Shown in pieces: positions 51,301 to 62,352 of a stretch of 64,000 nt of DNA. The stretch comes from Takakia lepidozioides (lineage: Eukaryota > Plantae > Bryophyta). Position 1 is the first letter of the stretch. Every line of letters begins with the position of its first letter. The stretch covers positions 22,010,001-22,074,000 of the forward strand of contig CM060734.1 of NCBI GenBank assembly GCA_030704615.1, in the 5' to 3' direction. Under the pieces are notes generated by a model, which saw nothing but the letters and a program-made list of their open reading frames with translations, did no database searches and had not been told where the DNA came from. Made by a program: the position numbers and the translations under genes.

Positions 51301-52215
51301 GGCCAATGCCCGACGGAGTAAAAAACGTTCAGTTTGCGAATCAAGCGGAGAGCAAATCGCTCGTGAGGAAGAATAACAAGACCTCCTGAAGAGCCTTCTC
51401 ACTATGACCCGTGAGAGAATCAACAAGGTCACGAGTAGTAGGCGTACATACACCGCAAGACCCCCAAACCTTAACAATCGCAATAAAATTGCACCAATAC
51501 CACTGGTGAACAAAGCAAGATGCGAGGGATCCACAAAATCACAGGACACCACCGGCACAACAAGGGATTGAACGGAAATCTGTTCGCAAAGCCTGAACTG
51601 TCTGAATTTCAGGGCTCCGTAAGACAAAAATCGACTTTTGAGTTCGGGGATAGGCACCTTGAATTGCCTCCTCAAGGCAAGTTCCTTGTCAATCACACTA
51701 TGAACCTCCCTCACTATTAAAGCAGGGTCGCTGATCCAGGCAGAGACTCTCTCCCGTTCAGTAGCTGAGAAACATGAGACGTCCACAAAAAATCGAGACT
51801 CAAATTTATCAATCCACACCAAGTCGTCACTGCTCAACTCGAGCTGCTCATTGTCAGAGTCCTGGATTTGCGAGTTAACATCAGGCAGCCCCTCAAAATC
51901 GTAAGCAGGCTCAACGTAGCCCAAACCGTAATCAGCTTTGTCAGGGTCACCGTTTGGCAAAGAACCCGAACTCACTGAACCACGGGCCGAATACAAGGCG
52001 GGCTCTTCAAAGGCCGCTTTTGCCCTGGCATACGCTGAGTAGTTAGAGCCTGAGGAGGTAGGTCTCTTGATGTCAAGAACCGGAGCCCCTGGAATCAACA
52101 ATGAAACACGCGCGACAAGAGTTGGAGACGCTTCCGAGACTGGATGACCATCCACCACATACAAACTGGGAGCAGATACAGGAACACCCACAACTAACTG
52201 GCTGGAACCCACCAC
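48399..52215 (-). mobile_element. Gypsy-like element, 5' half: extra ORF, gag, protease, dUTPase-like domain, RT start
   Basis: ORF 51265-52215; gag 49709-51072; CVVDTGCT protease; GVLDRGYKEEV; DLGKTNILQHDIEIEGPPVKQFAYR (RT start); truncated at ~48400. Confidence 0.8.
48690..49000 (-). pseudogene. dUTPase-like domain between protease and RT
   Basis: APCDVTIP...VKTQL...PKGHY...GVLDRGYKEEVKLLIAN...IKKGQVLARI follows dUTPase motifs 1-4, degenerate. Confidence 0.7.
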
Positions 52216-53374
52216 GTCAGAACTTGCCTCTCAGTTCAATCTTAACTAGAATGAAACCGCTGTCCTCCATCTCACTCGTCAAGCTACAGAGAACTGCAGA
52301 AGCCATTGCAACACACAAAGAACAAGCAAGACAAACATATGCAATTGCACAACGCGAAGAGTGAAACTGCCGCCGCCATCGCAACTTCCTCTTGAGCTAA
52401 AACAAAAACCAGATTGAACCCGAGGTAACCGTGCAAAATCATTGTACGTGCAGAGCCGCCACTACCCACCAGACTCCACCATATTTTGTGCTTGAATGTG
52501 ATTCTCCCGTCCTCACAATGGCATGTTAAACTAGGGTGTAAGAGCTCGGAAGGAGTGGGCTTTACAACACGAGAAGAGAGATGAACATGTAGAGGATCCC
52601 ACGTACAACATATGCAGAACCAACATACACACATCCAAAGCTCAGAGAGCACGTCTAGAAGCCTGTACATCAGGTTGTACATACGAGAAGAAGGGCCCTG
52701 ACTCAAGGTCAGGAACAAGCTTATACCGAAAACCTAAGGTGAGGCAATACCCCCACGTGGCAGCATGCCACGGGGTGCCTAGATTACAAATAGATTTGGC
52801 CCGTAGATCAATGAAGGGTCCAGATGTAGCCACAAAGCTCTAGGATAACCTCAAACAAGTATAGGTCAGGCTGTATATAATGGCCTCCCGCCGTAAATAT
52901 TAATGGCATGGGATGAACCTGTCATACAGTAATGAATAAGCTGAAAGTCAGGCCAAGAGAACATGCGCCATCACAAGGGGCCTATAACCAACTATTGACC
53001 CATTCTGGTCACCTCTGATAGTACATGATACATTCATATTATATGAAGGTATCATAATGGATGAAGTTAGGCATCCATTAGTGATCAGTCAACCGACAGC
53101 TGTTACCGGTGGAGTACATAGCACTCCGTAACTAGAAAATCATGTTTTTTTTTTTGGTTTTTTTTTTTTTGGTTCATGTTTCGATAGAGACCCAACCGTT
53201 ACAGAGAGTTGAAGAATATTTTAATACTAGGAACCGGCTGGTACGCAAAGAAGTATGTAATATGCAGGGGGAGAGAGAGAGGAGAAAGAGAGATTGTAGG
53301 ATTGCAACACGCAACAAGCAGGAAGGTCCAAGGGAGGACGTGGGTGGGTGCTTAAGTGATTGGCTGTAGAGGCC

Positions 53375-55386
53375 ATGGTGGTGTGCAGATGCCGCAAGGT
53401 ATGTTCCTATCCGGTTTCTGTAGGATGTTTCAGAGGGGTGGCTTGCAATCTGAGGTCAACGTAATGCCTTTCTATCTTCTTGTTTTACCTCTATGTTTTT
53501 GAGCGTCTCTTTGATTAGTCTCAAAGTTTGGAGCTTCAGGTGGATAATTGAATACTACCATAGCCATTCGACCAAGCGAGGGGCAGATAAGGTCTGTCGA
53601 TTGATGCAAGCATGTACTTCTATACAACATTTGAGCATCCTGGTCAGGTGGATGGTAAACTGGTTCTATTGCGTCTCACATTTGCTTCCCTGTGGGGTCA
53701 TTTTGTTTGTACTGAAATCGTAGTTCGCGACTTGTTTGCATAATTGTAGGAGACGCCAACTATTCCATACTTAAATCTCCATCCTGCTTCACTCGCCACC
53801 CGCCGAAATGAGCCCACCATCCTCGTCCACGTTGAATTGTCTCAATGGTGCGACATTGCAGGTTTTTGCTTACTGCAGAAGCGTTTATGTGCATGTAGAC
53901 AATCGAATTGCAGATTGCAAATTGGGGGTGCGTCCCTCACTAGAGTAGATGTGTGGGGTTTCTCCTATTGAAACATCTCTTTCACCTTGTCCCGTGTGTT
54001 TTGGACTTTGTCTTGACCTGCCTCTGGTCCCTCTTTGTTGCCCCTCATCAAAATAGAGAAGACTAGAGATGTGCATTCTTGCACGAGGTTGCTTCTTGGG
54101 CACAGCATCAAAGTGTTACGCATCATATCACGGTTGGGTGGATTGATTAGTAGGAAAGTATCCTTTATGGTTCTTGTTCCAGAGAAGCCCCTTCTTCTAG
54201 TTTCACATTATATCATGTCCTTTGCACACACTTGCAGTTGCCCAATTCCCATCATTGGAATGTTCTCCTCTCCAACTTTTTCATACTTATTGATGAATTT
54301 ATTTAATTGTAATTACCACTGTGTCAGTGGCGCATCATTGACCCACTCTGGACACCAAGTCTGGAGTGTCCCTTCCTACCTACCCTCTGATGGATCAAGT
54401 CTCGTTATTATTCCGTTTCTCCTGCTGTCCTCGTCCTCAAATTTGGTTTGAGTTTGCTAAAATGTGAATAGAATTTGATCAATGGGTGATGACAGGCAGC
54501 AAAGCTCTATTGTTTTGTGCACAATGGATGGATGTGTGCTGAATGCATCTGTCTTCCAGAGCATCTTTTCTATGTGGTACTATCTTCTGCTATCCTGTCT
54601 TGTATGAATCTCCATGCTTGCACAAGTTCTGGCCAGATGTAAGACCAGCTGGAATTTGTCTTTCAGTATGTTTGCTGTTTAAAGACTCAGCTCTCCCTGT
54701 AGATGTTCCTTGAGTGGGGGGGGGGGGAGCTAGAGATAGTTTGCATCTTTCAGATAGGTTGGCTTGGATGTGTGGGATGAGAGTGATTGTGGTTGTCAGG
54801 GAATGAGTTGTGTGTACGGGAGCAAGAGCAACTCAGAATAGTCATTCTTCTATGGCTTGCAGACAGCACTTAGCAAATCTTGTTTCTGAATCAATCCTTT
54901 GAAACAATGGATAAATGATCCTTTCCAAATGTGAAGGGTATATGTGGCAGGTCAAGACATATTCAGATGTATGTGGCAGGTTTATATAAAACAATGGAGA
55001 AAAGACCTCTTTTTGTCAAGGTGTCATTAGATAGATATAAAAGGCTTTTGTGGGGGTGTCTGTGGCAGGTCAAGACATATTTAGAATGGGTTATAGATGA
55101 TGATTTTGACTGGCCGCCCAAATCTTCAGTTATAAGGTGTGCAGCCAGAAGTAAGCCAAGAAAAAACTGTACTTTCCTGGCTTCTCTGCCCTGCTTTGGA
55201 CGTAGTCCATTAGAAGGCTTCATGAGGAGACATCATAAATAAATGTCTCAGGTTGTCTACTTGCTACCTCCGTCGATTGGAGGAGTCCAGATGTATCACA
55301 AATAGTAAATGCATGGCGAAGGTGCATCTCTTGCCAACACTTTCTTGAAGATGGCAACACAGCTACAACTTGCGTTGGTTGCTTAC
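53375..55386 (+). CDS. ZFPL1: 5' exons of a ZFPL1-like zinc-finger gene (53375-53398, 54496-54576, 55069-55150, 55252-55386)
   Basis: Spliced translation MVVCRCRK/AAKLYCFVHNGWMCAECICLPEHLFYV/VKTYLEWVIDDDFDWPPK.../...CISCQHFLEDGNTATTCVGCL matches, from memory, the plant ZFPL1 N-terminus. All introns are GT-AG with compatible phases. Confidence 0.8.
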
Positions 55387-55659
55387 GTAAGTCTCCCTTC
55401 ATTTGTCTAATTATTTTCTGATGTTGTTCGATCTGTGTTACTTGTCTTCGAGTGGTTGGATTTCTGGTGACAATCTAACAGCAGTCTAAAACTAAGCATC
55501 AGATCGGTTAAACAGACCTCAAATTAGGACATGATCGACATGTGAGCTCCTCTACACACAGCAGTATTAGAAGCCTTCTACTGCCACTAGACAGCTAGTC
55601 TAGAGTAGAGTTGAGTAGAGCTACTGCAGTATCTCTTGTGTCTGAGTCTCTCTCTTTAC

Positions 55660-57625
55660 ATGATAGAGGCCCTTGTACTTCTCTTTAACCTTATCTGGAG
55701 GACTGAAATGATCCCCTTCCGCTGGCGACAGGGGGTCATTGTCAATCTATATAAGAAGGGTGACAGAGAAGAACCGGGGAACTTCCGAGGCATCACGCTC
55801 CTCAATGCCGTTGGCAAGATATTTTGCAGAGTTATAAGTACTCGTCTCCAGGTTGATCTGGAATGTAGAGGTTGTTTCCACGAAGGCCAAGCTGGCTTTG
55901 GGCGAAACAGGGGCTGTGTGGATCATATCTTCACTCTAAGCCAGATTATCCAGGGAAGGAAAAAAGAAGGGAAACCCGCTTTTGTATTTTTCTTGGATGT
56001 CAAAGACGCTTATGACACAGTGTGGAGAGACAGTCTATGGCTCCGACTCTGGTCATGTGGGATCAAGGGAAAGATCTGGAGAGTGGTCCATAACTTGTAT
56101 GCTCACACCAAAATTTGTGTCACTGTTGATGGACAGAAGTCTAACTTCTTTGACATAGACCAAGGTGTAGCTCAAGGATGTACCCTCTCCCCTCTGCTCT
56201 TCAATGTTTCATCAATCAACTCCTCGAGGATGTGGAAAGTGAGGGATTTGGGTTAAGGGTGGGTGATGTCACCATACCAGCCCTTATGTTTGCGGATGAC
56301 TTCGTAGGCATAGGGCCTTCCAATCTCCAGGAGTTGATTTATTGCGTGAAGAGATACTTTGACCCTTTGGGGCTAGAGGCTAACATCAGTAAATGTGCAG
56401 TGGTGGCATTCAACGAACGAGGGGAGGTAGGAGGTGATGTCAAGTGGCAGTGGGGAAGCCAAGAGATTCCGGTCCTCCCTTCCTACATATACCTCGGCGT
56501 TGAGTTTTCCTCCAACTGTAATTGAGATGCACATATTCAGAAAGTTGTTCAAACTGGCAAGCGCAAAGCGCTGGGTCTCACTAATTTTTTCCACTGCAGA
56601 GGGATCGACTCTGGGGTAAAAAAACCATGCTTTGTCACGTTATTAGACCTGCCTTGGAGTATGCATCTGTAATATGGGTTGACAACTCCAACCAGGCTAA
56701 GTGTCTAGAATCCATTCAAGTGGGGGTGCTTAAGGAGTGCATGTCAGCATGCTCCAAAACAGCCAACGTAGCTGTTCGGGGTGAGTTTGGCATCCCTACC
56801 TTAAGCTCCCCGACGAGATGAATTCAAGGTCAGATGGTGGGGTCAGCTGCAAATATGTCCAACATCAGATTTCCTAAGTTAATCGACTCTATATCTTGGA
56901 AGCAGGATTGCCCTGTCAAACAGGGTAAGTCCTGGCGGAGGAGAGTAGAAGAGATTCGCAAGGATCTGAATCTTAGCCCGCTAGTCTTGACCCTGCTGGA
57001 TAAATCTGACTTAGAGGCTGTAGTGTCCAAAGCCATGTCTGTTACCAGGAAATTGGCTGATGAAAATGAACTTAGGCAGAAAACTTCCCTGAACTTGTTT
57101 CCAGTCTGTGACATGGGGGAGGACATCATGGATGACCTCAAGGGTTTAACCACTCTTGGCACTAGACTGAAATTTAAACTCAGGGCGGGAAGCCTACCTT
57201 TGAACGGCAAACAGAAGCAGAGAGGAAAGGGAGAGTGCAATTGCCCGTTGTGTGGGCAACCTGAAGACAATATTCATTTTCTGGTTCATTGTCCGGGGTT
57301 CTCTCACCAGAGAGACGCTCTCTTCAAATCTACCAAGGGAATTGTGCCTGTACCTCTGTTTACCAACTTTGAAAGTCTCGAGGCTGAGCCAAAAGCCCAG
57401 GCCCTTTTGGGGCCTAGTTATCAGGCAAACCACACACAGCAGGTTGATGCTTGTGTAATGGTATTTCTAGAGGATATCGGGAAAACCCGGATCAAATGTT
57501 TAAACCAAGGTAAGTCTTACTACCGACGTAAGCCCCTGACAAAGGTAGGTTCCGTCCCTTTGTGTTCCGCTCAAACTGGGCGCGGAGTCAATGGCCACAA
57601 GGCTACGGCAAACAACGTGTTATGA
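55660..57625 (+). mobile_element. 5'-truncated non-LTR retrotransposon (RTE/RTEX-like RT plus C-terminal zinc finger)
   Basis: NFRGITLL, QAGF, FLDVKDAYD, GVAQGCTLSPLLF, MFADD, YIYLGV, CPLCGQPEDNIHFLVHC; frameshifts. Confidence 0.9.
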
Positions 57626-57734
57626 GACATTCTTTACTGAGATACTCAGAGATACCCCTCCCTCACATATGAACCAAGTCAGCATAGGAACTAGAGTTTT
57701 GGAAGTAGGGTGGGTGTGGTTTTGTGATTGTCAG

Positions 57735-60667
57735 CTACTTGCAGGAAGGGGGAATGTCTATACATTTTCTGTAACGGAGCATGGATAGCTGAAAGATGCA
57801 GGGATGGACTTTGGGTGCAGATCCATCCTAGAGGGGCAGATTTCAAGGACAAGAGTACCAACGAGGCACTGTGCATTAATAGCTACAAAAAACCTGCCTG
57901 GGTAGACAGTCAGCTGGAAGCAGCAGCAGCAGAGTCTTCTGGCATTTGTAGGGATGTGAAGATACTGTGTAAGGCAGGACAACTAAAGGAGGCGCTGCAC
58001 ATTTTGAACCAAGGAGGCACTTCAGCAGACTCCAGTACTTATGTCTGTCTCTTGCAGGAGTGTATCAGGATGAAAGGCCTAGCTGAGGGAAAGCAGGTGC
58101 ACACCCACATTATCCAAAGTGCATTCAAGGCAGACACCTTCATACACAACAACCTCATAAATATGTATGCCAAGTGCGGGAGTGTGGGGGATGCACGCCT
58201 AGTATTTGACCTAATGCTTGAACGAAATGTATTTACGTGGAACATAATGATGGCAGGATATGCCAAGCATGGGTATGCTAGGGAGGCTTTAGAGGCCCAT
58301 GAGCAAATGATTCGGGTTGGGGTGACTCCCAACAGGGTCTCGTTCATTTGTGCTCTCAAGGCTTGTGCTAGCCTAGGAGCCCTGGAGAAGGGCCAAGAGA
58401 TCCATTCTGATATTGTCAAAGCTGGAATTCAACCAGATATAATTCTGGACAGTGTAGTTGCTTCCATGTATGCCAGATGTGGATGCACAAAAGAAGCACG
58501 ACGAGTCTTCAACAATATGGCTAAACGAACAGTGGTCTCATGGAATGCATTGATCTCAGGATACAATCAGCATGGGAGTGCTAGGGAGGCCCTCGAGATC
58601 TATGAGCAAATGATTCAGGAAGGGGTGACACCCAACCAGGTCACTTTCATTTGTGTTCTCAATGCTTGTGCCAGCCTGGCAGCCCTGGTAAAGGGGAAAG
58701 AGATCCACGCTGACATCATCAAAGCTAGATTGGTGCCAAATATAAAACTGGAAAATACCCTTGTTGACATGTATGCCAAATGTGGCAAGATTAAGGATGC
58801 ATATCACGTGTTCAGCAATATGGCTGCACGAGATGTGGTGTCATGGAATGCAATGATTGCAGGATATGCCCAGCATGGGTATGGCAGGGAGGCATTGGAG
58901 ACCTATGAGCACATGTTACGGGAGGGGTTGATGCCCAATAAGGTCACTTTCATTTGTACTCTCAAGGCATGTGCCAGCCTGGGAGCCCTGGAAAATGGCC
59001 AAGAAATCCATGCTGACATCATCAGAGCTGCAATCGTGCCAGATATCATTCTTGAAAACACCATTGTTGATATGTATGCCAAATGTGGGAACATAAAGTA
59101 TGCACGTGAGGTGTTCAACAATATGGCATCTCGAAATGTGGTGTCATGGAATGCAATGATCACAGGATATGCTCAGCATCAGTGTGGTAGCGAGGCTCTG
59201 GAGATCTATCAGGACATGAGACAAGAAGGGGTGATGCCCGACCAGATCACCTTTGTTTCTGTGCTCAATGCATGTGCCAGCATGGCAGCTCTGGACAAGG
59301 GCAAAGAAGTCCATGATGACATCATCGAAGCCCGGATTGAGCCAAATTTGATTCTGGATAGTGCACTTGTTGACATGTATGCCAAATGCAGGAGCATTGA
59401 AGATGCATATCGAGTATTTGATAATATGGCTCAACGAGATGTGGTCTCATGGAGTGCAATGATAGCAGGATATGTGCAGCAAGAGTGTGGTAGGGAGGCT
59501 TTAGAGACCTATGAGCAAATGATACAGGAAGGGGTGATGCCTGACCAGGTTACATTTGTAGGTGTTCTCAGTGCATGTGCCAGCCTGGCTGCCCTGGAAA
59601 GGGGCAGAGAGATCCATGCCGACATCATCCAAGCCACAATTGAGCCAGATATCATCCTGGAAAATACCCTTGTGGATATGTATGCCAAATGTGGGGACAT
59701 GGAGGATGCACACCGAGTGTTTGACAACATGGTTCAACGAGATGTGGTCTCTTGGAGTGCATTGATCACAGGATATGCTCAGCACGGGTGCAGTACAGAG
59801 GCCTTGCAACTGTTTGAACAAATGCAACAGGAGGGTTTGAAGCCAAACGGGATCAGTTTCATAGGTATTCTCTCTGCATGTAGCCATGTGGGTCTGGTTG
59901 ATGAAGGCAGTTACTACTTCAATTCCATCCGTCGAGATCATGGCCTTACTCCTACAATGGAGCACTTTGCCTGCATGGTAAACCTTCTTGGCCGTGCAGG
60001 GCGGCTGGATGAGGCAGAGGACTTCATTGACAGAATGCCGATTCAACCAGATGCTGGGGTGTGGGGGGCCTTGCTTGGTGCCTGCAGACTTCATGGCAAT
60101 GTTGAGGTGGCAGAGCGTGCGGCAAAATGCCTTCTCACGTGGGATGCGCAGGTTGCAACAACATGCGTGCTGCTTTCAAATATCTATGCAGCAGCTGGCA
60201 GGTGGGAGGATACTGCAAAGGTGAGAAAAATGATGAAGGACAAAGATGTCAGAAAGGAGCCAGGTTGGTGCTCCATTGATGTCGACAATCAAATGCATAC
60301 ATTTTTTGTAGATGACAAACTACACCCACAGATGGATTCAATACATGCTGAACTGAAGAGATTGTCTGGGGTGATGAAGGAGGCTGGATACATACCTGAT
60401 ACACGCTTTGTACTGCATGAGGTTGAGGAGGAGCAAAAGGAACTCTCTCTTGCCACACACAGTGAGAAGCTGGCCATTGCTTTCGGGCTCATCAGCACGC
60501 GCTCTGGGAAGCCTCTCAGGCTGATCAAGGACCTTCGGGTGTGTGGTGACTGCCACACAGTCACCAAATTCATCTCAAGGATTGTCGGGCGATCAATAAT
60601 TGTACGGGATACCAACCGCTTTCACCACTTCCAAGATGGGGTTTGTTCTTGTGGTGATTACTGGTGA
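57735..60667 (+). CDS. PLS-class pentatricopeptide-repeat protein with E1-E2-DYW domains (C-to-U RNA editing factor), terminal exon
   Basis: 20 P/L/S motifs with a 101-aa period, PG box, HSEKLA, CGDCH and a terminal DYW. The frame is uninterrupted but has no suitable upstream ATG; an acceptor ttgtcag ends at 57734. Confidence 0.97.
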
Positions 60668-61964
60668 AACCAGCAACAGCATGACAGAAAGGATCTTCCT
60701 CTAATGGAAGGGTCATAATTTGTTGGTGTTTTTGTATGTAAAGATTCAGGTAGATGGACTATTTGGGCATCAAAGGTTATCTGGATCACACTATACGACA
60801 ATGTGTTAATGGGCACAATAGTTTCTCTGTCTCAAGGAAGGGCTAAAGTTCCAAGGGCGTCATCCTTGGGTGTGGCTGGGCACAATGGTGTGGGGATTGG
60901 CACCAATGCTTGCTTTCCACACTTCGCCGGGTGTGTGTTCGTTGCAAGAAGAGGACACACTACTACTGCCCACAGTGTCAGTCCACGGTCATGTGCCTGG
61001 GTGATTGCTGGCGGGAGGCTCACCGCAGCAGGGGAAGGTGACTTCAATTCACTTCTTGTCTTGATGTTCTTATGTTGTGTTCATTTGTGGCGGGCAAGTG
61101 TGAGTGCTCAATGCTGACTGTGCCTGTTTATATGGTGGTAGGGTGGGCGTGGTGGTCATGTGTGGGGGTGCTCAATGGTGTGAGGGCGGGCAGTCAAGGG
61201 AGTGGGGCATGCGCAGGTTTTTGCTGTGTGGGGGTCGGGCAGGCTCTTGGCGGTGGTGGGTTGCTGCTTTGTTCGCGCGTCATCAATGGTCCAGGGGCTC
61301 TGGTTGCTGTGTTGCAGGCCGTTGAGGTTGCTTTGACATGGGGATGGGTTGGGAGTGGGTTTCATCCTTTTTTTGGGGTCATTGTTGTTTTGCAGGGAAG
61401 GGGGGAGCTGCAGCTTGGTTGGTTGGTTTTTTGAGGGGATGCTTGCTTGGGGGGGGGGGGGGGGGGGGGCTGCATATTACCACTCTCCGTAGGAAAGGCT
61501 AGAACACTGGTCCCCTCTCTGTTATCACGGCAGGCACTCGAGGTGGTATCCACAATGCCAGTATCGATGCACTACACGGTAACTTCCACCTCCCAATCTC
61601 CCATGTCCACAAGTGTTTTAAGGCAATTCACCTACAACTAGAATCTAAGCCCCCTTCGGCACCGGCCTAGACTCCCCCTGGTACCCCAAGTATCCTGGGA
61701 CACCCAGGGTACCCATGCGGGTCGACGGAGTCGCTGTAGCAAGATCCCGCTCCTCTGCAATTCCCGGCACCACAATTTCTCATCAGATCAGATTTAGTTA
61801 GTCATTTCTTGACAAATATCCTAGGTTAGAGAATGGTTGGCATGTACCCTAGAGTACCCTGGGTACCCTCACCCCTTGGACATCGGTGTCCCTTGGACAC
61901 CCGCACTACTTATAGGGCCCACCCCCGAAAAGGGGCAGTAGCCGCAAGGCGAAGTGGCTCTTAA

Positions 61965-62313
61965 TTACGCCGGCTTCGGCCGGAGTCTTCTCTCTCTCTG
62001 GTCATCCTCAATTTGCCAAGTGTTGTCAGCGTGTGGGAAGTCCTGCCATTTGCATAGGTAATATGTGTCAAGGCAGGTAGCACCGAATGAGTCTATAGAA
62101 GTCTGGGTTTTAATACCCAGTATTGCTTCAATGACATAGGCATTTGGGTTGTCAGAGTTATTGTGGGAAGAGGGTGAAGAGTGGGGAGAGTGCGGTGTGG
62201 CAGCTGGGGAAAATGAGTGGTGGGTGCATGTCGTTGGGATAGAAAGGCTGGGGGAAAGGGGTGATGGAAGTTGGTCCACGGGTTGTGGCAGGGTAACAGA
62301 ATCATAGGAAGAT

Positions 62314-62352
<39 letters not shown>

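Noticed and set aside
53750-53861. Candidate extra exon (AG...GT, open frame)
   Set aside because: No ZFPL1 similarity, and its phase is incompatible with the homology-supported exon at 54496
57728-57730. ORF-track start of the PPR protein
   Set aside because: It is a TTG within a splice-acceptor region, not a plausible eukaryotic start
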